A stretch of DNA of 64,000 nucleotides from a virus (IMGVR_UViG_3300045988_127105:1-64000); one strand, 5' to 3'. Positions 1 through 8,468 are shown, counted from the first letter of the stretch. Notes: generated from the sequence alone by a model not told the origin. Made by a program: numbers and translations.

Positions 1-44
1 CCTGCGAGGTCACTTTTAGACAATATTGCTTTTTATTTGATTGT

Positions 45-79
45 ATCGCTAACAGCTTCTTTACCAAGCTGTTAGCGAT
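45..79. repeat. Perfect 14-bp inverted repeat (hairpin), possible terminator or att-proximal site
   Basis: ATCGCTAACAGCTT (45-58) and AAGCTGTTAGCGAT (66-79) are exact reverse complements separated by a 7-nt loop. Confidence 0.7.
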
Positions 80-113
80 ATTATGCTTTGTGTAAGCTGC
101 TGCTAATAAACGA

Positions 114-235
114 GTTACACCGTAAACACGTACGTAAACAAGTTTATTTCGCAACGTTCGGGTACACCAGTGTTTATCAGCTTTCTCGCGAATTTGGACG
201 CTTTTTCGATTTGCAAGTTCTACCCTCGTTCTACC
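114..235 (+). promoter_or_regulatory. Short direct repeats upstream of int, candidate arm-type or regulatory sites
   Basis: CGTAAACA at 121-128 and 133-140 (12-bp period). GTTCTACC at 217-224 and 228-235 (11-bp period). TACACC at 116-121 and 163-168. Confidence 0.35.
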
Positions 236-312
236 GCCATCAAGAAGTGTATTACCAAATACGTGATTGTTTTCCCGAAACATTATAAACATTTTAAAAC
301 AATTTGTGTACT

Positions 313-1452
313 ATGGCAATTTTGAAATTTAACATTGTTTATGACAGAAAGCACGTTACAAAGAATGGAAAGCAAGGTTCTGTTGAAATTCGCTTTTGTA
401 TGAATCGCAAACAGAAGTATTTTTCTACTGGCATTAAAGTCTTTGCCAACGAATGGGACAATCAGGCATGCAAGGTTATTCGCCATCCTGACAAAAATGA
501 ATTTAACCAACGTCTCACGGCTATCCGAATCAAGGCTAACAAGATTGTGAACAAGGCCTATGACGATGAAGACAACTTCGACTTCAACTTACTCACTCGT
601 ATGTTCAAAGGTGAGCCTGCCAAGAAAATTGATTTCCCTACCTATTGTGAGCAGCGCACAGTAGCACGTCGTGTATCTGAAAGCACAAAGACTCGTTATC
701 GTGTCTTTACTCGCTTCTTGCACTCATGGGGTAAGATAATCTCTTTCTCGGACCTTACTGTTGCTAAGGTTCGTGCAATGGATGAATACTTGCATACTCG
801 AGAGATTGCACCTGCTACTATCTACAACTACCACAAGTATCTGAAACTTTTTATCAACGATGCAGTAATAGATAATCTTGTTCAAGAAAATCCGTATCGT
901 CGTCTTAGCTTCAAAATACCTCGTGGCGACAAGCAGTATGTCGATTGTCTCACTGTTGAGCAGTTCGAGGAAATCCGTTCCATTACCGTCTCCACTCCTC
1001 ACCTCGCTAAGGTTCGCGACCTCTTCCTGTTCCAGTGTTACACCGGACTCGCCTATTCCGACCTTATGGCGTTTGACTTCAACGAATGCGACCTCGTAGA
1101 CGGAAAGTATCTCTACCACGACCGTCGTGTCAAGAATAGTGTAGACTTTGTTCTCCAACTCCTTCCCCAGGCAGTGGAGATACTTGAAAAGTACAACTAC
1201 AAACTTCCTCAGATAAGCAACCAGAAGTACAACGACTATCTTAAGGTTATAGGCTTAATGATAGGTGTCAATAATCTTCATAGTCACATGGGAAGAGCCA
1301 CAGCTGCCACCATGTTCCTCTCCAAGGGTATGCCTATCAACATTGTCTCCAAAGTTCTCGGTCATACTAATCTCCGTCAGACCCAACGCTATGCACGCAC
1401 TCTTAGCCGAGATGTTCGTGCTGCCTTCGACGCTCTTGAGAACAAAATCTAA
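313..1452 (+). CDS. int: Tyrosine recombinase / phage integrase
   Basis: ORF 304-1452, first ATG at 313 (MAILKF). C-terminal catalytic signature HSHMGRATAAT ... LGHTNLRQTQRYA (HxxR ... H ... Y). The N-terminal region resembles the arm-binding plus SAM-like domains of Bacteroides-type integrases. Confidence 0.9.
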   Translation: MAILKFNIVYDRKHVTKNGKQGSVEIRFCMNRKQKYFSTGIKVFANEWDNQACKVIRHPDKNEFNQRLTAIRIKANKIVNKAYDDEDNFDFNLLTRMFKGEPAKKIDFPTYCEQRTVARRVSESTKTRYRVFTRFLHSWGKIISFSDLTVAKVRAMDEYLHTREIAPATIYNYHKYLKLFINDAVIDNLVQENPYRRLSFKIPRGDKQYVDCLTVEQFEEIRSITVSTPHLAKVRDLFLFQCYTGLAYSDLMAFDFNECDLVDGKYLYHDRRVKNSVDFVLQLLPQAVEILEKYNYKLPQISNQKYNDYLKVIGLMIGVNNLHSHMGRATAATMFLSKGMPINIVSKVLGHTNLRQTQRYARTLSRDVRAAFDALENKI

Positions 1453-1459
1453 TATAATT

Positions 1460-1497
1460 AGGTAGCGGCTTAATTGTCGCTACCTATTTTTATTTTT
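1460..1497 (+). terminator. Rho-independent terminator after int
   Basis: AGGTAGCG (1460-1467) pairs with CGCTACCT (1478-1485), followed by a T-rich run. Confidence 0.7.
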
Positions 1498-1498
1498 G
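1491..1498 (+). promoter_or_regulatory. Candidate Bacteroidota -7 promoter box for the lysis cassette
   Basis: TATTTTTG matches TAnnTTTG, about 25 nt upstream of the ATG at 1524. Confidence 0.35.
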
Positions 1499-1523
1499 CA
1501 AAAGACGAAATACCGAAAATCCT

Positions 1524-2027
1524 ATGCCTTTTAACATTAAATTTGCGAATAAAAGAATTATCATGATAGATACAAGGAGTGTTTTATACGCAATTACCGG
1601 GGCTTTCTTAGCCCTTCTCAGCCCAATTCGGGACTTCATGCTTGCCATGCTAATACTGTTTGTCGTTAATTTTTTCTTCGGATTGCTTGCAGACATAAAG
1701 TGTGGCGCGGATTGGTCTTGGCGCAAGGCAGGCATGTGTTTGGTCTATTGCTTCATCTTTTTTGCCACGGCTGCATCTATGTTTATCATCGGTCACTTCA
1801 TGCACTCAGAAGAGCAAGCCCTTGCTTGTGTCAAATACGTTTGCTTTATAGCCATTGGTGTTTTTGGTACTAACATTTTACGCAATGCGCGAAGCCTTTG
1901 CACACCTGGTTCCTCGTGGCACAAGCTTGTTTCCGTGTTGTATTACATTCTTACCATTAAGTTTGTTGAGAATTTTAAATTTTTCAAGAATTCCGAACCT
2001 GAACTTGAAAAGGAGGAGACAAAATGA
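1524..2027 (+). CDS. Holin-like membrane protein
   Basis: 167 aa with about four hydrophobic helices (FMLAMLILFVVNFFFGLLA, CLVYCFIFFATAASMFIIGHF, VCFIAIGVFGTNIL). The stop overlaps the endolysin start (ATGA at 2024-2027). An alternative start is at 1563. Confidence 0.55.
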   Translation: MPFNIKFANKRIIMIDTRSVLYAITGAFLALLSPIRDFMLAMLILFVVNFFFGLLADIKCGADWSWRKAGMCLVYCFIFFATAASMFIIGHFMHSEEQALACVKYVCFIAIGVFGTNILRNARSLCTPGSSWHKLVSVLYYILTIKFVENFKFFKNSEPELEKEETK

Positions 2028-2581
2028 ACATAACCAAACAGCAGCTCTTACAGATTGTCCCTGATGCCGGAAGTCGCATCAATAAGTATATCAACTACAT
2101 CAACGGCTATGCCGACACATTCCATATCGACACTCCTCTTCGTATGTGCCACTACCTCGCCCAGATTCTTCATGAGTCAGCAGAGTTCAAGTATACTGTA
2201 GAGCAAGGTCCTACTCATTACTTCGACAAGTACGATACAGGACGCCTTGCTAAGATGCTCGGCAATACACCCAAAAAGGATGGCGATGGCTATAAATATC
2301 GTGGTCGTGGCCTTATCCAGATTACAGGCCGTGCAAATTATTCCGCCTACAACAGCTCCAGTTACTGCAAAGGCGACGTTCTCCGTAATCCAGACCTCCT
2401 GGCAGAACCTCTTGGCGCTGTCAAATCTTCCATGTGGTTTTGGCTTACCCATAATCTCAACAAGTATGCCGACAAGGACGACCTCGTCAAGATAACGAAG
2501 ATTATCAACGGAGGCACCAACGGACTCGAACAACGACGTGCTTTCCTTGATAAGGCAAAGAGTGTCCTTCTTAAAAATTAA
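2024..2581 (+). CDS. Endolysin, GH19 chitinase-like lysozyme family
   Basis: HYLAQILHESAEF ... YKYRGRGLIQITGRANY matches the GH19 phage endolysin signature as I recall it. Confidence 0.8.
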   Translation: MNITKQQLLQIVPDAGSRINKYINYINGYADTFHIDTPLRMCHYLAQILHESAEFKYTVEQGPTHYFDKYDTGRLAKMLGNTPKKDGDGYKYRGRGLIQITGRANYSAYNSSSYCKGDVLRNPDLLAEPLGAVKSSMWFWLTHNLNKYADKDDLVKITKIINGGTNGLEQRRAFLDKAKSVLLKN

Positions 2582-2586
2582 AAGCT

Positions 2587-3030
2587 ATGAATATAAACGA
2601 TAACGGGCAGCGCGAATGGTTGCGCTCAATAATCAGCGACTTCTATTGGTTTGTAGTGATAATGACCATTATTGTCTCCTGCACCAGCTGCTCTACCTCT
2701 AAGCCTGTAGTCCTCGAACGCACCTATCACGACACGGTACATATCAACAACCTTCGCCTTGATAGCGTCTACATGCACGACTCTATCTATTTCGAGTCCA
2801 TTGTCAAAGGCGATACCATATACCGCACCAAGGAAATCACCCGTTGGCGCGACCGTGTCTCTATAAAGCACGATACAATCTACACTGTAAGAGAGAATAA
2901 GGCTGATATATCTGTTCCTGTCGAGCGTAAACTATCTTTATGGAAGCAGTTCGCCGTACCTCTAATTTCGATAGTCCTTATGATAACAAGTACAGTAAGC
3001 TTAATATGGCTTATACATCGTAGAAAATAA
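2587..3030 (+). CDS. Unimolecular-spanin-like lipoprotein with C-terminal TM anchor
   Basis: N-terminal signal ending in lipobox IVSC, a soluble middle, and a C-terminal helix FAVPLISIVLMITSTVSLIWLI. It lies directly after the endolysin. Confidence 0.5.
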   Translation: MNINDNGQREWLRSIISDFYWFVVIMTIIVSCTSCSTSKPVVLERTYHDTVHINNLRLDSVYMHDSIYFESIVKGDTIYRTKEITRWRDRVSIKHDTIYTVRENKADISVPVERKLSLWKQFAVPLISIVLMITSTVSLIWLIHRRK

Positions 3031-3033
3031 CCT

Positions 3034-3330
3034 ATGGGAGTCCTCTTAAAATCCATCCGCAAGATTCTCGTCGAACTTATCGACCGTATCGATAGTGGCG
3101 AATGTGCCACTACTGACGAGCAAGAACGCATGTTCCTCGACCTCTGCACGATGATTGCCGACAAGGACCGTCGTGTCTCCAAATACGAGGCTTGTCGTTA
3201 TCTCAATATGTCACGCGCCAAGTTCGACCGTTATGTTGCTGATGGGCGTCTTCCGCACGGACGGAAGACTGCCGGGTTTAAAGAACTTTCATGGAGTCTG
3301 TCTGAACTCGATTGTTGTAAGATCACATAA
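3034..3330 (+). CDS. Excisionase-like / MerR-type HTH DNA-binding protein
   Basis: SKYEACRYLNMSRAKFDRYVADGRLPHGRK resembles the HTH_17 excisionase-type motif. Confidence 0.5.
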   Translation: MGVLLKSIRKILVELIDRIDSGECATTDEQERMFLDLCTMIADKDRRVSKYEACRYLNMSRAKFDRYVADGRLPHGRKTAGFKELSWSLSELDCCKIT

Positions 3331-3372
3331 TATTATTGTTGTTATATAAGATTTTTTTCATATGTCTTTGAG

Positions 3373-3402
3373 CCGTTCTGTTGTGAAACAGGGCGGTTTT
3401 TT
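3373..3402 (+). terminator. Rho-independent terminator
   Basis: CCGTTCTG / CAGGGCGG stem (two G-U pairs) followed by TTTTTT. Confidence 0.6.
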
Positions 3403-3462
3403 GTTTCCGTGAGCATCGTTCTCCTCATTTGAGCATTGTTAGGCAACACCTTATATAATATG

Positions 3463-3470
3463 TAAATTTG
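3463..3470 (+). promoter_or_regulatory. Candidate -7 promoter box
   Basis: TAAATTTG matches TAnnTTTG, about 43 nt upstream of the ATG at 3513. Confidence 0.35.
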
Positions 3471-3512
3471 CGTCAAGTCCCGACATTGGGGCGAAATTTA
3501 AATCTTACTATT

Positions 3513-4457
3513 ATGTCTGAAACAAAAACTTACGTCTTCGGCAATGACGGACAGTGTGGTGGTGGCAGCATGATGAGCATGTTAGCTCCTCTTCTTCAAC
3601 AGCGAGGTCTCGACCCTAACCTTCTGTTGGCAATGAATCGTGGTGGAGGCTTCGGTAACGGCGAAGGCTCTTGGTTCATTTGGCTCTTGTTTATCCTCTG
3701 CTTCTGTGGCTGGGGTGGTAACGGATTCGGTTTCGGTGGCAACGGTCGTGGAAACATTGCCAACGAAATCAACAACGACTACGGACGCTCTCTTCTTATG
3801 GATGCCATCGGTGGCAACCGCAACGCTCTGTCTAATCTCGCTACTCAGCTCAACTGCACCGAAGGACAGATTCAGTCGGCTATTTCGGCTCTCACCTCAC
3901 AGGTCCAGTCTGTAGGCAACCAAGTGGGTATGTCGGGTATGCAGACTATCAACGCTCTACAGCAGGGCAATATGCAGATTGCTCAGCAGATTGCTAACTG
4001 TTGCTGCGAGAATCGTCTTGCCATCTGTCAGCAGACTAACGCTCTCCAGAGTTCTATCAACAACGTGGCTAACGGACAGGAGCGTGGCTTTGCGAGTGTC
4101 GCCTTCGAGACTCAGCGTCAGACTTGCGACTTGCACAACGCCATCAAGGATAGCACACAGACTCTCCTCGATGGTCAGAAGCAAGCCGAAATGCGCGAAA
4201 TGCAGAGCAAGCTTGATGCTCTTCGTGAGGAGAACAGCACCTACAAGTCGTCTGCCATGACTTCACAGATTGTCGGTCAGGCTCTCGCTCCCGTCAACGC
4301 GGTTCTTGCAGGCTTGCAGAAGGAAGTCAGCGCAATCAAGTGTGCTCAGCCTAACACCGTGACAGTCCCTTATCAGCCGTTTGTTACTGTTCCTAACTGT
4401 GTTGCTGCTCAGTACGGTCTTTATGCCAACGCCAATGCCAACGGCTTTTGGGGTTAA
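3513..4457 (+). CDS. Hypothetical Gly-rich membrane-anchored protein with Gln-rich coiled region
   Basis: ORF 3468-4457; the ATG at 3513 (MSETKTY) is the likely start. TM-like WFIWLLFILCFCGW is flanked by GGGFGNG / GNGFGFGGNG, followed by a long Q/N/S-rich helical region. Confidence 0.6.
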   Translation: MSETKTYVFGNDGQCGGGSMMSMLAPLLQQRGLDPNLLLAMNRGGGFGNGEGSWFIWLLFILCFCGWGGNGFGFGGNGRGNIANEINNDYGRSLLMDAIGGNRNALSNLATQLNCTEGQIQSAISALTSQVQSVGNQVGMSGMQTINALQQGNMQIAQQIANCCCENRLAICQQTNALQSSINNVANGQERGFASVAFETQRQTCDLHNAIKDSTQTLLDGQKQAEMREMQSKLDALREENSTYKSSAMTSQIVGQALAPVNAVLAGLQKEVSAIKCAQPNTVTVPYQPFVTVPNCVAAQYGLYANANANGFWG

Positions 4458-4476
4458 TGAGAAAGGAGGGTTCTAT

Positions 4477-4818
4477 ATGACACCTATTTGGAATTATCCC
4501 TTCTCATGGGTCAACCGCCGTGGTTCCGCTGCAGTAGCTTCCACTGCCGTAGCGGTCTCTGCTACAGCTGTCACGTTCTCCTTCCGCAACCATGCTTTTG
4601 CATCGGCCAACTATCGTGGAACGGTTTTCGTTAAGCTTGCTCAGGCTATTCCAACGGCAACCACCGGCACGCTCCCTATTCTCTTCGAGACTAATGGAGC
4701 CACCCAAGCCGTCACTAAGTACAACGGTGCTCCTCTTACCGTCGCCGACCTCCCTGGCACTGGCATCTACCAGTTCTGGTTCGAACGCGACACTAACACC
4801 CTTCAGCTCATGTCTTGA
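4477..4818 (+). CDS. Hypothetical protein
   Basis: ATG at 4477 is preceded by GAAAGGAGGG. 113 aa. Confidence 0.5.
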   Translation: MTPIWNYPFSWVNRRGSAAVASTAVAVSATAVTFSFRNHAFASANYRGTVFVKLAQAIPTATTGTLPILFETNGATQAVTKYNGAPLTVADLPGTGIYQFWFERDTNTLQLMS

Positions 4819-4857
4819 TGGGTATTGTCTAACCTATTCTAAAAGAAAGGATTTCTT

Positions 4858-5367
4858 ATGTTCAGCGGTTTGCGTACTAATAGTATTTTTTATGTGCTTG
4901 ACAAGAGCAACGAGCCTAAATTGCAGATTGGACAGGTTGTTTCCGTTTCCAATCCTCAGCCTAAGTTCCCCACTTATCAGCCCGGACAGTTCTCTCCTCA
5001 ACCGATGGAGTCTGTTGTTGATGTGCGTGTTAAGCTTACCGATGGCGAAATGGATTTCAAGCAACTGCCTTCCAACGGTCAGATTGCCAATTCTGGCTCG
5101 CTTGTTGTATCTGAGTCGCGCGAGGCTATGTCTGCCGAGGTTGAGGCCATGCTCCGCCAGTCTCGTCAGATTCTCGAAAGTGTTGACTATCATCGTTCTG
5201 TCGTCTCTTCTTGCGAGTCCATGCTTGCCCAGCTCAACCCTCAAATAGCCGAGAAGAAAGCACAGGAGCAGAAAATCTCACAACTCGAGACTAAGATGTC
5301 TGGCATCGAAGGTACTCTCTCCAATATCCAGGGCATGCTTGCACAGGCTCTCAAACCTAAGGCATAA
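4858..5367 (+). CDS. Hypothetical protein with C-terminal coiled coil
   Basis: 169-aa ORF in the same-strand block. The C-terminus is heptad-like (KKAQEQKISQLETKMSGIEGTLSNIQGML). Confidence 0.55.
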   Translation: MFSGLRTNSIFYVLDKSNEPKLQIGQVVSVSNPQPKFPTYQPGQFSPQPMESVVDVRVKLTDGEMDFKQLPSNGQIANSGSLVVSESREAMSAEVEAMLRQSRQILESVDYHRSVVSSCESMLAQLNPQIAEKKAQEQKISQLETKMSGIEGTLSNIQGMLAQALKPKA

Positions 5368-5406
5368 GGCATCCTTTCTCTTAGAAACTTAAAAAACATT
5401 ACGACT

Positions 5407-5676
5407 ATGAATTTTGTTGTTGAAATTACCGAGGATAAGTTCTCTGAACTCACCGAGAACGCCGAGAAAATGCTTCGCTATGGAGGCAAGGTCATGTCCT
5501 GTCTCGACTCTATCAAGCGTGAGCGATATGGCGAGCGCAGCCCTATGCCCGACTATCGCAGCTCCGACTATCACAACCGCGACCAATATCACCCCCGTCC
5601 CGATTATCGCGAACGTGAAGACTTCGCCGACAACCGCCGACAACGTGATCGTCGCGACTACGATAACGATTACTAA
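5407..5676 (+). CDS. Hypothetical protein with highly charged R/D/Y-rich tail
   Basis: 89 aa. The C-terminus reads DYRSSDYHNRDQYHPRPDYREREDFADNRRQRDRRDYDNDY. Confidence 0.45.
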   Translation: MNFVVEITEDKFSELTENAEKMLRYGGKVMSCLDSIKRERYGERSPMPDYRSSDYHNRDQYHPRPDYREREDFADNRRQRDRRDYDNDY

Positions 5677-6155
5677 TGTTTAACCCGAGGAGAGTCGGCA
5701 CAGCAGCTGTTACTCTCCTCATTATTTCATATCTTCAAATGAAACCTCGTCAATCTCTTTCTCAGTACGACTATCGTCCGCCCGAAATGCTCGCCTATTT
5801 GCGACATTACGGCTATCATTTCTCACGCCGTATGCACGACTTCGCTGTCTCTCGTATGCGTCGCGACAACAAGCCTATCACTCCTTGGACTAAGGAGAAG
5901 GTCGAGCAGGTTATCCACAAGTACGGCATAACTCTCGAAAACGCCATTGCCTACGACCATGTCTATGTCTTCAATATGGCTCTTGCCGATTTCTACGGCT
6001 CTTCCATCACCGACGAGCGTGCCCTTGCTCTCTTTGTCAAGGATTATGTCGATGATGAAGACCAGCCAGACGGTTTTATCTTCAATCGTTTCTATGCCGA
6101 TTGTGCCCTTGCCGGCACGCCTATCCCATGGGAAGATATTTTAGACCCCTCATAG
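5676..6155 (+). CDS. Hypothetical protein
   Basis: The start overlaps the previous stop (TAATG). An alternative start is at 5739 (MKPRQS). Confidence 0.5.
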   Translation: MFNPRRVGTAAVTLLIISYLQMKPRQSLSQYDYRPPEMLAYLRHYGYHFSRRMHDFAVSRMRRDNKPITPWTKEKVEQVIHKYGITLENAIAYDHVYVFNMALADFYGSSITDERALALFVKDYVDDEDQPDGFIFNRFYADCALAGTPIPWEDILDPS

Positions 6156-6158
6156 CCT

Positions 6159-6548
6159 ATGCGCTCGCAGCAAATTTACCTTCATTCCTACGATTGGACG
6201 GTGCAGATATTTTATAATGTCCCTCCTTCAAGGGTCGATACTATCCGCAGACATCTTCAAGCTCTCGCCTGTCACTCGCGTCCTCTTGAAGATGCCTGTA
6301 TTCTTGTCTCTCAATCTACCCCCGACACGGCTTTTACTTATACCAACATTTCCCTTCACCGCACCCTCATCGTTCTCTGTCCCTCTTCTTCTCCCTCTCA
6401 ATTTCTCAACACCCTCACCCACGAACTTCTCCACACCACAACTCACATATCCGATTACTACAACATTCCTCTCAACACCGAATCTCCCTGTTATCTCATT
6501 GGCTCTCTTGCCCAGGCTTCTTATTCTATAGCGCAATATTATTTGTAA
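6159..6548 (+). CDS. Small hypothetical protein with HExxH motif (possible minimal zincin)
   Basis: 129 aa. LNTLTHELLHTTTH contains HELLH. Confidence 0.4.
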   Translation: MRSQQIYLHSYDWTVQIFYNVPPSRVDTIRRHLQALACHSRPLEDACILVSQSTPDTAFTYTNISLHRTLIVLCPSSSPSQFLNTLTHELLHTTTHISDYYNIPLNTESPCYLIGSLAQASYSIAQYYL

Positions 6549-6599
6549 ACTGGTTTACGTCTTTTGATGATATTCCTTGGCTGTCTTACAGATATTTAG

Positions 6600-6607
6600 T
6601 ACTTTTG
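6600..6607 (+). promoter_or_regulatory. Candidate -7 promoter box for the lipoprotein genes
   Basis: TACTTTTG matches TAnnTTTG, 32 nt upstream of the ATG at 6639. Confidence 0.35.
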
Positions 6608-6638
6608 CAGCACGCAATAATAACTAATTTTAACAACA

Positions 6639-6857
6639 ATGAAAGTACTCTTTCTTTCCCTAATGTTCCTCGCTTGCGCTACAGGCGATGGTGTCTACAT
6701 TTGCACCGGGCCACAATCCAAGCGCTACCACAAATCCGCATCATGTAAAGGCTTGCGCAATTGCAGCCGAGAGATAAAACAAGTAACTCTCGAACAAGCT
6801 AAGAAGTTACACAAAACTCCATGTCATATTTGCTATAAACATGATCGTCAACAATGA
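6639..6857 (+). CDS. Small secreted / lipoprotein with Cys-His motif
   Basis: Signal MKVLFLSLMFLAC, then YHKSASCKGLRNC ... PCHICY. Confidence 0.55.
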   Translation: MKVLFLSLMFLACATGDGVYICTGPQSKRYHKSASCKGLRNCSREIKQVTLEQAKKLHKTPCHICYKHDRQQ

Positions 6858-7147
6858 GAATATTTAAAGATTTGATTCCGCTTCTTGTTTTGTTATGTGC
6901 AAGTTGCCTTATGTTATCATGTGGAGAATCCAAAGAAGAGCTCCGTCAACAAATAGCAGAGCGAGAGGCTGTTATAACACGACAACAACAGGAAATTTCA
7001 GACTTGGAAGATAAGCTTCAACAAATAAACGAATACGCATCTAACGCACAATCTTCAATAGATAATATGCGCGATTATGTTGACAGCTATGATTTAGATG
7101 ATGCAGAAAGTGAAATAGATAATATATACAATGAATCAGAATATTAA
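6854..7147 (+). CDS. Small lipoprotein with acidic coiled coil
   Basis: Signal with LMLSCGES lipobox, then a Q/E-rich helical region. The start overlaps the previous stop. Confidence 0.55.
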   Translation: MRIFKDLIPLLVLLCASCLMLSCGESKEELRQQIAEREAVITRQQQEISDLEDKLQQINEYASNAQSSIDNMRDYVDSYDLDDAESEIDNIYNESEY

Positions 7148-7424
7148 AGTTTCAAAATTATCACTATTAGCAATAGCAATAATTGCAAGTGTTTCATCGT
7201 GTTCAAAAACCCGGCTCTCGGATTATATCTATTGTGAGCGCAATCCTATAACACATCAGAATATAATTCATACTAATTCTTCTTGTTCAAAAATTCGTTA
7301 TGGATATAAGATTAAAATGACCTCGTACTACAAATATACAGAAGGTTATGATGTTTTTTGTCCTGAATGCTGCTATGAGCCTGATGTTATTAGAATAACT
7401 AAAGGCGAAAACTTACAAAAATAA
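7131..7424 (+). CDS. Small lipoprotein with Cys-His motif
   Basis: LLAIAIIASVSSCSK lipobox, then IHTNSSCSKI ... FCPECC, similar in pattern to the 6639 product. Confidence 0.5.
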   Translation: MNQNIKVSKLSLLAIAIIASVSSCSKTRLSDYIYCERNPITHQNIIHTNSSCSKIRYGYKIKMTSYYKYTEGYDVFCPECCYEPDVIRITKGENLQK

Positions 7425-7458
7425 GTACAATATATTTTAATTTATACTAATTTTTAAT

Positions 7459-7496
7459 ACGCAAACTTGGTCACTAAACTAAGTTTGCGTATTTTT
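7459..7496 (+). terminator. Rho-independent terminator with an overlapping TAnnTTTG box
   Basis: ACGCAAACTT (7459-7468) pairs with AAGTTTGCGT (7481-7490), then ATTTTTG. TATTTTTG at 7490-7497 could be the promoter for the 7530 gene. Confidence 0.65.
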
Positions 7497-7529
7497 GTAT
7501 CACAAAACCTCTTAAACCGTTTTCCTTGA

Positions 7530-8000
7530 ATGACAAAAAATAATTACGATATTACCCGTTTGCAGCGCGAGGCTCTTAGAAAAGCCTACTGTGATGTATG
7601 CAAGCACTCCCGTCCGTGGAGTCAGCAAGACGCATACGTCAAGACTGCCAAGCATCCGGCTCCTCGTTATTATATCACGGCTAAAGAGGCTTACGAGAAA
7701 CTTCGACGCATGGCCGTTGGCGACAACTCTATTGTCGATGCTTTGGGCGACTCAAAACGTCGACTCTACTATTCGCTGTTCGAGCGAATGAAAGAACTCT
7801 CGCAGCGAAAGGAGTATGTCAACAAGTCTCTTTGGTTTCTGTGCCCTATACTTGTCTCGCTTCCGGCTCCAGAGTTCTTCTTGTCGCCACGCACGGTTAA
7901 AGATATATTTGTTAAGTACAGGCTCTATGGAAAGGATTTCCGACATCGTGAAGTGTATGGCAGTGGACGTAAAAGCAAAGCTACTGTTAACGATACTTAG
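7530..8000 (+). CDS. Hypothetical protein
   Basis: 156-aa ORF. No motif recognised. Confidence 0.5.
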   Translation: MTKNNYDITRLQREALRKAYCDVCKHSRPWSQQDAYVKTAKHPAPRYYITAKEAYEKLRRMAVGDNSIVDALGDSKRRLYYSLFERMKELSQRKEYVNKSLWFLCPILVSLPAPEFFLSPRTVKDIFVKYRLYGKDFRHREVYGSGRKSKATVNDT

Positions 8001-8424
8001 TCTCTTCGGTTCGCTTCCTTATAGAGGTATGGGGGTTCTGGCTAACGATAGCCTGATCCCCCACCTCACTTACAGCTTCCAACACGCCAACATATGGCAC
8101 ATGCTTGCCAATTTGTTCGTTCTGTGGAGCATCAAGCAAAAGATGAATGTCGTGTCGGGCTTTTTGATTGCCGTAGCTGCGAGCTTCTTGCCTATGTCTA
8201 CAGACAGGTCTACTGTCGGAATGTCTGGCTTGCTTTTCGCCATGTTCGGCATCATGTGGGGCAAGCGAGGCGACTTCAAAGGATTTCTTAAGGCTGGTAT
8301 GCCCGTTATCCTTATAATGATGGTGATACCAGGCATCAATGGTCTGCTTCACCTTTACTGTTACTTGATTGGATACATTTTGTTTAAGTTGTTTTCATAT
8401 ACTAAGAAGGTTTTATTAGGTTAG
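7957..8424 (+). CDS. Rhomboid-family intramembrane serine protease (minimal six-TM core)
   Basis: FQHANIWHMLANLF (HxxxxHxxxN of TM2), VGMSGLLFAMFG (GxSG catalytic Ser), LLHLYCYLIGY (catalytic His helix). ORF 7816-8424; the start is taken at MAVDVKAK (7957), and 7927 is also possible. Confidence 0.65.
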   Translation: MAVDVKAKLLLTILSLFGSLPYRGMGVLANDSLIPHLTYSFQHANIWHMLANLFVLWSIKQKMNVVSGFLIAVAASFLPMSTDRSTVGMSGLLFAMFGIMWGKRGDFKGFLKAGMPVILIMMVIPGINGLLHLYCYLIGYILFKLFSYTKKVLLG

Positions 8425-8468
8425 TTAAGAAAGGGTTTAATACTTTTTTCATTGAAAATTATAAGTAG

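Noticed and set aside
7816-7956. An N-terminal extension of the rhomboid ORF back to 7816.
   Set aside because: This part overlaps the 7530-8000 ORF in another frame. It translates to Ser/Arg/Cys-rich sequence with no TM character. The rhomboid core begins after 7957.
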